This document shows, in pieces, positions 57,601-62,254 of a DNA stretch of 64,000 nucleotides; the first letter of the stretch is position 1; each line of letters starts with the position of its first letter. The notes under the pieces are model-generated. The model was not told where the DNA came from. It worked only from the letters and a program-made list of their open reading frames with translations, and made no database searches. The position numbers and the translations under genes were made by a program. The stretch lies in IMG/VR virus record IMGVR_UViG_3300011008_000092. One strand, written 5' to 3'. Source of the DNA: an uncultured virus (IMG/VR IMGVR_UViG_3300011008_000092) (Duplodnaviria; Heunggongvirae; Uroviricota; Caudoviricetes).

Positions 57601-58230
57601 CTCCTCTATTCTCTGTAGCTCCTTGCCGAATACATCCATACCGGCATTGACGGCCTCATCATTCTTGATGATAGAGGCATAGCGAGGATTGCCCATATCT
57701 AATGCTGATGGACGCTGCACACCAAGCCTGATACCTCGTTGGTCACTGGGTACTGTCGGGTCAAGTGCGATACCATTGCGCTGGTTATATTGCTGACGCT
57801 GCTGCATCGTGGGGTCGTTCCTCCAGAACTCATCATTCTCCTGAGCCTGCTGCTGGTTAGCCTGCTTAAGCTGGCCATGTATCATGTCGAAGGTCTTTTC
57901 AAGGTCTGTACGCTGGTCAGGACGCTGCAACTTGGAGGCATCAAACTGAGGTTGTTTATAGCCGTTGATAGGAGTTGACTGTGCTGGCTGCATAGGAGTC
58001 GGTGCTGGTGATGCTGGCTGTTGCGGTTGCGCTGCAACAGGCTCCACCATCATGTCATCAAAGTCCTGCTGACTGCCTACGTCAAGATTCAGCTCCTTAC
58101 TCTTGTTATAATACCACTCTCTGTCCTCTTGGTTGTTAAGACTCTGCTTGAAATCGTCATAACTGCCTGTGTCTACGCCAGACTGCTTCATCTGCTCATA
58201 GAGCCACTTTCTATCTTCTTCGTTATACAT
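39679..58230 (-). CDS. Giant polyvalent (ejection-type) protein, 6183 aa
   Basis: NTase, inorganic pyrophosphatase, three zincin-like motifs, PRTase, ART-like and LPD3-like motifs; follows two ejection-type genes. Confidence 0.85.
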   Translation of the reverse strand: MYNEEDRKWLYEQMKQSGVDTGSYDDFKQSLNNQEDREWYYNKSKELNLDVGSQQDFDDMMVEPVAAQPQQPASPAPTPMQPAQSTPINGYKQPQFDASKLQRPDQRTDLEKTFDMIHGQLKQANQQQAQENDEFWRNDPTMQQRQQYNQRNGIALDPTVPSDQRGIRLGVQRPSALDMGNPRYASIIKNDEAVNAGMDVFGKELQRIEEAGRQHLKDAAGRNTPSTSPDGYLGPDMATMREASEISDPSLAIQSAVDQMTAQMLQDDYFTTDGENLNDAGRYALQTMQQRMIQQLVEKRMPQSSAEYIVLNAIRNSDFGKLTRMATSTPFQNYLDDLAAQSYQPGFWEKVGTGALTFGLNMPEYALTGAAGGGLSKFMTGGLTKIVTNGLVRRGVERSVAERAAQMVMSNTLTGRAAQIGSTAVHGATTFGLQPVIGTPVDLTYKAGQPINPDGSAFTPELDDYIGETWKEMKKGAAMGTLMVGGAVAAVPEKIAQGAVKEGLIRGALGFGYDAGVMAGFSLHDMKEADPTFEITPESAAEAYAESAASLGLLKLPHMFGMKGQVEQARQAQKFKFTPEEKQYLRDMGIDDPVELALRMANRGAEQPSFLKSILRNDERTPQAQTGKEIVKDDAEPIDAENMQQLSAVYRSFMASEAPETMKAKVMYLIEGKMPAQFSPVTGTRIVEDGSKIYVETLNQRGGVIERKPMRSYEEALAEQNRLGFQADMNTTEAIQNRLDELETATDMSNMLTESYEAIRRKAVSDPDKLTAEDRELLSMAQNIPAILQKANEGTELTPSEQSLLNAAFSRLNAYKQKNGAGKRVAAEVEDMYDLNVGEVERAMYGHSKAEAEELAGGNGIVEIGNGIYRTEQEQQIVSEYRQRMLQRIQEHEALRQTETEAQTQEGTVQQPVDTSRMIEGEVPQEPVAETPPPPADTEGDNGGGESKYTAPSFDIETSRQRGRDAYYTQDQPTIKSIGHEMKMADVRMFRYFPSEEAMRIDEAVKTGNLESIDTESMTAQQRDAFVKYVNAYAEAEGFKAAMEEHHQQQAALDEAAIEPYRNEAGEIIPLTLDNGQQAYHKSGDLANKFGTVTVTYTDETGQPKTTNWPVSKIKEQGTAMPAGQFAERLSADLAEQSGNRVMNWLLGNNVEAGQQVELTIAGETMPFTVDGFYPDGDIQLSDGDGNIMKMTKEEVLNMMEATDQLQIEAQLQQEAAQFREAQRQQREADRQAEIAQRTERYNNGIVGMKEGNPDFTAEGSDPAVVAEYLLGASRQQEQTIAEVKPQVINDIQQSKDELKTRQTEAQQELSRVVSQLSVGKDILDTDEAQQLEQRQAELEAELQDLDARQRRWADVRSNLMTKEEVQQFETERRSDVSQARKGLRPAEQNRNFGQNDEHIAVNEDGTMNFGLTPTGNANNYLLRHFQDSFDAEKFMNDQRIALRNKQRDEVQPQIDALNGQLNDYISGRIELTPEELKQISQSVTDLEAYQDALTREASHMREIVEGISELYERNGRNEPSTPQEQRMEAMSKARSAQDKLRIAREIYKDDPQAISAINDMEPRDIAEYISQNLGRGTINWEGFDRGDHHVRGLREELGSGWERGISRGKSTNAFNMYLAAEGQGKGIEEIVHDLYEAQPDMNGGGKMYSTEDLRNGIIDLLSTARTPSDISHLTINNRIAEAEQYVRAMEEYEEREAELAELGMPDNDAIREWIPSVSEQEYTPEVIAYLDGAFADYIESLGGDRETYEDAMRQLAADEELTFNEIAEYERNEPAADGQRPSGTSNRVDEKPVTAGVPEGSNQGKEDLSATQAHDNDGHPAIEAGQPQQSAPESGTAGSGESLAVQPQGGIEKGKKSNIQGLETYSEDEILNQVRDYFDVVRGDNDADAEIVDMKIIGSRTNGTANDDSDLDVLLEYKGKAREDDLFNMLSGTDEPLTIEGIRVDINPITKGKSGTIEEFMRRNADYRKETPAVFKDRLETAKADTNTEPTEAQKKAGNYKMGHVEFGGYKMSIENPKGSVRSGVDQNGKPWSIEMKDTYGYIGKKYGADGDHMDFFINDDADLDNFKGRVYIVDQKNEDGTFDEHKVMYGYPTWGEAKKAYERNYEPGWWDKHVMQMLGVPKDRFDKWLSDSDRKTKPYADYFRLKYDNPISDPIEEVKANIRERQNSIMDQVKQSASVVQARAEAAIQKKEPTLKPADIKSMTDDELQKSRKKRSSVASTARFLLGTTNIEKGSEKWNTLQETIRQQQADMDAIDDELQSRRERSREELENVLTDRETGGALVEHLQDMGIDVTTDVRENRRIRKQAENDQSENGELRRMHTPDGKTYGFAYRGKLYLDPRKIDGKLPIHEYAHLWSEALRKLNPDSWNNVVSLIKADADTWRFVQERNPEITDENALVEGVIATASGERGQERLKAEYERMSKRDGNYTSKWGNIWKNISKALQDFWKQVTDFLHINYKSAAQVYDQVLKDFVDGVNPRRKVEDWLERRNNDYMEAVQKGEKEKASAIFMEALKEEVGNGITPFVAVDKYRNVSSLAKRVKSRDAEAVREVAEMMKPLIPENAVLVPVPSHTGEATDMLDVAKVLGELTGSEVADVLKGAPRASQYDTKKETGAAISSSDLGIRMEGQLPEGKLPIIIDNVVDTGNTAEACVQALGRGVVVSLGRSVDDTHHAATLKSADPIVTNRRGDVVPLDERFDLGGSKYMFRPYEDMASEPVPEREIASVVKMEPKSPTDTEKREAKVRQAATKAVLSALDNAGVKYKVVSQEEANQMMSIYAAVNEEPIVTRAKKFRPDWHKRYAVVNTLDPYAVPQYFEKKRLALEHTKWANRGNGKKYTMVDMGYPDEVAGGLSNAAQIAEMIQPMIGWHGSSAVFTVFDHSHMGEGQGSQMFGWGTYLSNSRRIGEDYADMSGEGWKYKNKSRKEVLAGKGEMPEGRYNRDEELVADIMRQMEYGRTFEDARARLIKDIDTDIKNLEENISDLSEGDLKDLQGYKDEKSFVESLNAEDFTKKPANLYKVDIPEDTGSNYLDWMTTIKKPLRKKIADAVRKLDGKPAQSVVYANYKEGWQTIANLIEREPLAYKEIHDRLLQAFGGRLADAEKVSKLMSEAGFTGVKYPAGTIMGDGDGATNYVIFNENDAKITEHIQFMFEEPEVQEQTPIFISNALKAVEGIKQEKATPEQWLKMIEKNGGLKAGEDKWLGLSDWMKEQQASGKKSVTRQEIEDYIRQNQIEIEETHYSEMEGLPEKSQQKMDAFQQEFNDLMWEGSEATNSIFASDWVDYAFSKMEERYGEDFRSAFDIVGTGTQARLEPTLDYDDNLSQAAAYYLEFENSPEMPIDSTRLSYTTHGLENKKEIALTVPTIEPWNEGGQIHFGDAGGGRAIAWIRFGDADYISEEIQHPVSGEPTKVKVHKKVLVIDEIQSKRHQEGREKGYKPIPTAEQKRRYDEAESEYREALRANKQLNKELSDKYGEPNSFVQASDLFEPGDKGGERWKAQFSPEDLEAYNKAKERLEKASEERRQAELPSVDPFNRQPSEAPFEKNWHELAMKRMLRYAAENGYDAVAWTKGEQQSERYNLGQVVDAVNVSSYQAESPSEVDGYDVTIITSDRSNIELFVTKDGIVSSTEHPELHDKPLSDILGKPMAERILSEDGGFYQGEDLRVGIDGMKGFYDDILPRFMNKYGKKWGMKVGEVDLPDLSEPNTSGKVQRGLTMWSVDVTPEMKESVMQGQPMFQKGQNGKIYGWTDGQQIYLTEAGLNPNTPVHEYTHIWAKYIMKSDPELWKTIVSTMKKTDMWKQIEKNKNYKGIWENDDQMASEVLSRLSSATSEEEFMKAAATKKGSKAIIDQVKSVLRRFWEAVKRLFGSTGKTIGNVTNSWQSIVRMPLRDLLEGVNPVGEETGTMAQRGDVVQKTLMGVHNISEEKLRKALKQGGLANPSLAVIDTKNGMHNDYGEISLIPRASLIDSKTGRNAGTYSGDAYTPTYPHIERFLTKKGEKHRLAIAKEAAGGDAEMERHMARVINDWIEGNGDRMHFLFLKQKGLNPEVMQERTTHSKEEFDAITRIFGEPQSTMPSDSTKEQRDALLDLMVSIYEKKAKELASGIKDKEKRDKYINARVESYRDGLVDENGSLFFAPGDSFVYENWRDEKRRQNSQPDWYRTDNEASYRVSKEGLSEEYEKWKEQLLDDEDVEERLFAGWTPDGNKKYVKNTVANASRLMNKEADTNAYGNGGVNASKSSLLKKLKSLSDIRKHRHLLKNDEQVKEQQKEMEDIWFNIISQVSDMQKVDSNQFINIDIAEARLQEAITENDPIGYMNKEYGYHINKNSELASELMNFIENANEAPVRYFETKFKRPVMLDEFTVAIVPENTSAEVVKALQDAGLDVRTYDNTGDEAISNENRRLATMEAVGMRDDILFHIEDDTETVKRLDSEPTEIGYRNVVLNDDGSLGSPMANRLGKKGVARRPTTMFAFDKWERSDENPDLATEDGKIDLIKPGNKEVGGVDYNPYIHIRPTLVNKQFKQAWERPNLVYIRTKYPVSELDGGYKAEKAKLPVGKHPWGGGELILSRWDKPQEIVPWEEVADDWVKEFQGEKGIHFDIIPPKLLPILVERGMNILPPHKGMGKKCMEAYEKFKSETIRRMAANGNSDASKGRFLFDGESVIDVIGTEFQKSDKSIVDTVSKFFMEEYGGEANRQDIGKILLDKRAVKNDIGHGLNRIKAATFAAVHDIIEQGVIIDKKNEWKGKQTESYIIAAPITIAGERYVGMAIVKRAVDGKRLYLHGVITQKSLQDEALKTDPKVERRQGDVAKILINLHKAKENAKKLQKGGENHQKMIDEVNREAENLGGVKVNIVSSDGIKDENMRHEMHMGTKGIYDPNTGEVSLLVDNIDSIDEAKRVVFHEKLGHEGLKALLGSNEAVMKFGNFLFGSAGKTLRRKMVDRAEEEGWKMDDRERWSKAAQEVFSDIAADGPATPEEFDLWTKAKHYLIRLLKAMNIRIRGLLNDHDLRYYVLKTGDALKWNKLDTSARENLATQETHFEPMRASGKPRKRNNESQAQYFQRLREWERRRIAEEQDPEPQMPEIDNDAMTAEYDEYRKQWNRSHGLPEDYDDMGMPRRESGESDADYMERIRLHEAYEREMQSGDPLQPIFGWEPQAMKDWRQAYADWKRRNDIREEENVDINLYEGNGIEPGDPITESEIDARMLRELGEATGTDTTPEGAKHHVKMAIIERRKDLESSNAEDAVFLHQLGKQIAHVAKLQGVKPEELNSALPFIIEDTYFDEIIRDEKGNVIAINDISDQLPIKRTPELQSLLDTIKDWYDEFYHVLDDAGLRGKAGYIEEGYVNHVWDKEKSDPKAWEKYVEQYQRLRSPNMKQRMIESYQVGIDLGLKPKFDKLTDIMAYYSTSNNEAVANKGLMQHLSCLNIQEVNSDGEVVLNTPLLYSNQPDGLVRDRYSTFYVPGIGDIWVYKEAASKFANVFGPVTTPGEKAVKQKLLKVYDLIGSTAKKIQLSWSFFHAGALTEVYLAQGMAGEGPVRAMKQLLRSLVYDCIRTGELPAMANPEDFKLAASHLVKLGATDDYAAADVLRLTDKFRQFASDMDKRFGMDKVGVGPLGVVGFAVDAINKGMDTFLWSYLHDGLKIAMFKMFADDLKIKAEKKEWDDEKLDKMLDEAGQYVNDCFGGQYWELIDVSPKLLEGLQRLFLSPDWLLSTQRHFFANFGFGSLYNDGGFWEYVKYNVDNLKRVFGADIPKNDFRAFRSKNAKMCYIIGVLFGAMMLSNLANAIFRKQDEEEEREKAAADPSYKSKYDLIAPDGMKWYDYLMMGNANGQTTHMFIGRYEDGTETYIRWGKQFREFPELWTNEKGELEVPGPLVKRMMGKANPNIGIFWDDITYLDPYKATHQDEELKRKYGKPLGLVVKTASKFLPFIVPTQEGKEWKAIDLVFPSSKGFSKWKAQDYFKHCILTDDQQGMELTYKSCVLNGIDPQQQLDAALRSVKAAERQELADGVKDLQGAWEKFNNAQSHTEKLYWQRKLKKYLAESNYDQMNSFEFAEKAKGILGTGDEDMQPMDSKQLKEGEGIYLWLSTAEDVRDDYKVTTLYKKSGEIAKQLRQMEEDGQDTSDFEERNDYWLELRERINEYRRDLKEMKLELGGDDSESVMRRIREARSQLLKEADELRQ
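43769..43866 (+). ncRNA. Candidate antisense small RNA with consensus promoter
   Basis: TTTG-N19-TATCTTTG, then about 55 nt of GC-rich multi-stem sequence with a cUUCGg loop and a T6 tract. Confidence 0.45.
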
Positions 58231-58233
58231 AGC

Positions 58234-59559
58234 TTATTTTCTTCTGCTTGGTGGAACGTTTTGATTGTTACTATTCTTCCTACGGCTGGGAGGAGTGTTG
58301 TTGCCCTGCTTAACCTTCTTGACAGAGCCGTACTTCTTACGCATACGCTTCACAAAGGATTCAGGATTCTTCTTATTCAGTCCCTTAGTGCCTCGCCTTC
58401 CTGTCTCTATCTGGTTAGCCTTCTTCCATTCTTCATACTCGGTGGGATATAACTTTCCCCACTCCTCTGCCTCGTCAATCCAGTCCTCATTAGCCTGCCT
58501 GGTGGCGTTGGCTCTTGCATAAGATGCGCTTGCACTGGCATTAGAGGCATTGGCTGATGCTTTTCGCTGGGCTACCTCATAGGGAAGTAGCTCTTCCATA
58601 CGCTTGATCTCTGCCTCCTTCTTCTCAATATCCTTCTCAAGCTGCTTCACTCTGGCTTCGTCGTTGGCGGTCTGTGCCTTCACACGCTCCTGCTGGAGAC
58701 GTGCCAGTTCTGCCTCTCTGTCAGCTTTCTGACGTGCCAGCTCCATCTGCTGGTTCTTGTAGTCAATATTGATGCTTTGCAACTCATTGGCTCGCTGGTC
58801 TGCCCTGTCTTTGTAGTACAAGGCCATCATGTCGTTGGCTGCTTCCCTGCGCTGCTTCATAGTGTAGTCACGGAGTTTATGCTGACGGTCTGTAAGCTCT
58901 GCTCCTGTTGTAAGCTTCTGACTGGGTGCTCCAAGGATTGTTCCGACGAGATTTCCGACATGGCTCAATACGCTGCCTATCTGCTCCCATCGCTCCTGAC
59001 GCTTAAGCTTCTTCTCGTCATCAACATTCTCCTGATAACTCTTCGTGGTATCATACTGCTGGAGAAGGGGGAATACTTCAAAAGCATCCAAAGGTGGCTG
59101 GTCATTGTCAGTAGCCCATCTGTTATAGTCACTTACACCTTGCATGATACTGCCTTCATAGCCATTCTGGATGACATTCATGAAGCCTGTGCTCCAGTCG
59201 GGTGCATTCTTCTTCCTTTCGTGCCTGTCAACAATACCTTGCAGACTGCTCACCAACTCGGGATTCTGACTCACTACCTGCTGTGCAAGTTTCTGTCCAG
59301 GTGCACTTGATTGCTGTAAATTCGGTGCTGGCTCTTCAGTGGTAGCGTTCAGGGGCTTTTCCTCAGTTCCCTGATGCTCCAAAGATGACGGCTCAACAGT
59401 TTGAACTGTCGGTTCCTGACCTGTAGTCGGAGACAGTGTTGAGTTCTCAGTTTGTGGCTGCTCACTACTGGAAGTGCTGGTGGCAGATGAAACTTCTTTC
59501 GTTTTGTCCTCACCTCCAACAATATCATTCGTCGCCTTGAAGATGTCGGTTATTGCCAT
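58234..59559 (-). CDS. Putative internal virion/ejection protein
   Basis: Low-complexity N-terminus, IGSVLSHVGNLVGTILG segment, coiled coil. Confidence 0.55.
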   Translation of the reverse strand: MAITDIFKATNDIVGGEDKTKEVSSATSTSSSEQPQTENSTLSPTTGQEPTVQTVEPSSLEHQGTEEKPLNATTEEPAPNLQQSSAPGQKLAQQVVSQNPELVSSLQGIVDRHERKKNAPDWSTGFMNVIQNGYEGSIMQGVSDYNRWATDNDQPPLDAFEVFPLLQQYDTTKSYQENVDDEKKLKRQERWEQIGSVLSHVGNLVGTILGAPSQKLTTGAELTDRQHKLRDYTMKQRREAANDMMALYYKDRADQRANELQSINIDYKNQQMELARQKADREAELARLQQERVKAQTANDEARVKQLEKDIEKKEAEIKRMEELLPYEVAQRKASANASNASASASYARANATRQANEDWIDEAEEWGKLYPTEYEEWKKANQIETGRRGTKGLNKKNPESFVKRMRKKYGSVKKVKQGNNTPPSRRKNSNNQNVPPSRRK

Positions 59560-59574
59560 GATGCCCTCCTTCCT

Positions 59575-60078
59575 TTAGAATGGTAACAAGTTAGCCATGT
59601 TGGAAAGTCCACCTGCTGCATCAGTGATAGCCTTGCCTTTCTCCTGTGCCTTGCCTAGCTTAGTAGATGCAATGTACTGCGTCATCTCACTGATCTGATT
59701 GTCGGCATTGTTCCAGACGGCCTCCTTCTGAGCTTCACCTGATGCCGCCTGCTTGCCTATCATGTCAGTAACGGCCTGAGCTGCTGCCTGCTTCTGTAGA
59801 GCCAGACTCTCATCTGTACCACCGGCTACTACGTTAGTATCAGCTGCCTGTTTGGTCTTTGCGTTGAGAATTTCCTTCGCTTTCGTCTGTGCACCTTGTG
59901 CAGCTGCCGACTGCGTAGGGTCTTGATAATACACCTTATCACGATGGTCTTTCACATCCTTGATTCTCTTCTCATAGGCTTCAATGGCCTGATTGTAGCC
60001 TTCGTTTACTGCATCTGAGGCGAATATGCCTCCGATAGCAGATCCAATGCCTCCGATAATACTTCCAAATAATCCCAT
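59575..60078 (-). CDS. Putative ejection (pilot) protein
   Basis: MGLFGSIIGGIGSAIGGIF Gly-rich hydrophobic N-terminus; Ala/Gln-rich helical body. Confidence 0.6.
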   Translation of the reverse strand: MGLFGSIIGGIGSAIGGIFASDAVNEGYNQAIEAYEKRIKDVKDHRDKVYYQDPTQSAAAQGAQTKAKEILNAKTKQAADTNVVAGGTDESLALQKQAAAQAVTDMIGKQAASGEAQKEAVWNNADNQISEMTQYIASTKLGKAQEKGKAITDAAGGLSNMANLLPF

Positions 60079-60103
60079 AATTTTGCAAAATTAATATTAT
60101 GCA

Positions 60104-60150
60104 GCAAAGATAAATAATCCATTTTAGCCTCTAATGATAAATTACGCAAT
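60104..60150 (-). promoter_or_regulatory. Late promoter copy (ejection operon)
   Basis: ATTGCGTAATTTATCA-N22-TATCTTTG. Confidence 0.75.
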
Positions 60151-60210
60151 GCCTTTGGCATCACTTTCGGAAAAAAGTCTTATCTTTGCCACAAAATCAT
60201 AATAGTTACT

Positions 60211-60591
60211 ATGGAAGAAAAGAAAGGAAAGAAGAAAAGAGAAGCTACCTCTGGTTCATTCAAGAAGGGGCATGAAAAAATGGGAGGCAGAAAGAAAGGT
60301 ACACCCAATAAGATGACAACAAATCTTAGAAGGGTGTTGGAAGAGCAACTGCGTCCTCACATTGAAAAGCTTGACAAGTACATTGAGAGCATAAAGGAGC
60401 CTGACAAAAAGGCTGCTGTACTTGCACAATGGGCACCATACGTCCTGCCTAAGCTCTCCAATATCACTCTTGGTGAGGACGGACAGCGTGACATCACCAC
60501 TGAGGAATACATCAAGGAGCTTAACTCCAACTACAAAAAGGCAGACATCCATATAGATGTTGCCAAAATAAAAATTGTCAATAACGGCTAG
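60211..60591 (+). CDS. Terminase small subunit-like protein
   Basis: FKKGHEKMGGRKKGTPNK motif, helical body, PYVLPKL. Confidence 0.55.
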   Translation: MEEKKGKKKREATSGSFKKGHEKMGGRKKGTPNKMTTNLRRVLEEQLRPHIEKLDKYIESIKEPDKKAAVLAQWAPYVLPKLSNITLGEDGQRDITTEEYIKELNSNYKKADIHIDVAKIKIVNNG

Positions 60592-62086
60592 TCACTAGCA
60601 CAAAACTATTTTTGTGTCTTACCTGACGCTCATATAGCTGTGACTGGTCTTTGTCCAGATTCTCCACTTTTATCTGGATTGTACTACGCTCTGGGATGCC
60701 GTCAATCATGCCCATCAGCTTTCCTATAACCTCATCAACATTGTTGAAACCAATATCTTCAAGCTTGGCTACTACCCTGCCTCTGTAGTATGCCGTTCCC
60801 CTTATCATCTGCTTCTTGGAGAATCTTTCAAACTTATCTTCCTGCTCCTCAGGTAAGCTGGAAGAGTCATCAGTAAAGAAAATCTTCTCGATCACTCGGT
60901 CATTGAGATTCCAGGCAGGAGAGAAGTCCACCTTCCTGATATATCCTCTCGTAATCTTGTGCTGTGAGTGGTTCATGGCAAAGCCTACCTCTGACTCAGA
61001 CGCTCCACAGTCATTCTGTGCAACAGTTGCCCATGTATGCCTGAACGTATATATAGAATAGGTGTGTCCATGTTCAATACCTAGTGAATCTTCACATATC
61101 TGCTTAATGCCGATGTTGGCATTGGCGTTGAAACTGTCACTCGTACTCATCCTCTGATGGAAGTTCAGAAGATACTCTGAACTGCTGTCATCCATGTATT
61201 TCTCAAAAATAGGCTTCAGGATGTCGGGAACTCTCATCTCTATATAGGCATTATCAGCCCTTGCCTTTCTCGTTTTCCTGCGTTCATAGCCGATAATACC
61301 ATTCCTGTAGTTCTCTTTCTTCAGGTAATATAAGTCGATTGTATTGATACCTGCCAGACAGAGTGTCATCATGGCCACATCCCTTCCAAGCTCTGCCAAA
61401 GGAAACTTCATGGGGCTTTCAGGAATAGGAGCTGCGAAGAATGCCCTACAGTCATCCAGGCTGATGGCTTTCTTCTCAGGGGTATCTGCCTTCGGTATCT
61501 TCACCTTAGGCCAAGGATTCGTCGTTATCCTTATCAGCCCAGTATCGTAATCATTGTAATCAATGAGAGCCTGCTTGAAGATCTGTCTTACACAGATTGG
61601 ATACATCTCCTTAGCTCTTGCCGTGTTGCTCATGGATTTTATCCATCCATTGATAAACATGGATGTCAGGTGGGAAAACATCACTTTATCAGTACCGGCA
61701 TAACGCTCTAGGTGCTGGTAGGCAAGCTCATAGTTTCTGGCATTGCGCTGCTGACCGTTACTATACATCTCGTCATGGTACTGTCGGGCATAGTCGGAAA
61801 AACATACGTCCAATGTGCCCTGCTCCAAAAACTGTACCACATCTTTCACACACCAGAAAGATGTATCCACTTTCTTAAGACGCTCATAGTAGTCGGCTAT
61901 CTTCGTCGTACAGAATTTCAACACAAATGGGTCGGTCACTACGTGCTTCTTATCACACCCTCTGGAGTCCACCATCTTATCTGTTTTCATGTAGTGGATA
62001 CCTTTGTTATGAATCACTCTGATGTAGACTGGCCAGTAGCCATCTGTGCGCTGTTTCTGTACCACAGCTTTGAATGTTGTTGCCAT
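60578..62086 (-). CDS. int: Tyrosine recombinase / phage integrase
   Basis: Arm-binding N-terminus (DGYWPVYIRV), AGINTIDL, YERRKT, YTFRHTWAT and MNHS...ITRGY. Confidence 0.92.
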   Translation of the reverse strand: MATTFKAVVQKQRTDGYWPVYIRVIHNKGIHYMKTDKMVDSRGCDKKHVVTDPFVLKFCTTKIADYYERLKKVDTSFWCVKDVVQFLEQGTLDVCFSDYARQYHDEMYSNGQQRNARNYELAYQHLERYAGTDKVMFSHLTSMFINGWIKSMSNTARAKEMYPICVRQIFKQALIDYNDYDTGLIRITTNPWPKVKIPKADTPEKKAISLDDCRAFFAAPIPESPMKFPLAELGRDVAMMTLCLAGINTIDLYYLKKENYRNGIIGYERRKTRKARADNAYIEMRVPDILKPIFEKYMDDSSSEYLLNFHQRMSTSDSFNANANIGIKQICEDSLGIEHGHTYSIYTFRHTWATVAQNDCGASESEVGFAMNHSQHKITRGYIRKVDFSPAWNLNDRVIEKIFFTDDSSSLPEEQEDKFERFSKKQMIRGTAYYRGRVVAKLEDIGFNNVDEVIGKLMGMIDGIPERSTIQIKVENLDKDQSQLYERQVRHKNSFVLVTSRY

Positions 62087-62089
62087 ACG

Positions 62090-62143
62090 CTCTAAACTTG
62101 CTCTAAACTTGATATTGATTTTCTCTAAATTTACTCTAAACTT
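62090..62143 (+). repeat. Four CTCTAAA(C/T)TT direct repeats (integrase arm-type sites, inferred)
   Basis: Copies at 62090, 62101, 62123 and 62134, all in 11-bp register. Confidence 0.7.
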
Positions 62144-62187
62144 TTGCCTTCATTATCAGCATTTTGTGCTGAAAATGCTTTTAAACC

Positions 62188-62231
62188 AAATAAGCGGAAA
62201 CCGCTTTAAACAAAGGAGTCTCCGCTTATTT
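62188..62231. terminator. Inverted repeat downstream of ppdK
   Basis: AAATAAGCGGA...TCCGCTTATTT 11-bp stem. Confidence 0.5.
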
Positions 62232-62254
62232 TATTGAAATTCAGATACTTCTGT

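Larger units (their letters stand above)
1..62250. mobile_element. Integrated temperate phage (podovirus-like gene set); left end outside window, right end next to ppdK
   Basis: Terminase, portal-, capsid- and tail-like genes, endolysin/holin, phage replication genes and a tyrosine integrase adjacent to host housekeeping gene ppdK. Confidence 0.95.

Noticed and set aside
39892..59310. Many plus-strand ORFs (up to 367 aa) opposite the giant gene and its neighbour
   Set aside because: Antisense shadows without motifs or translation signals
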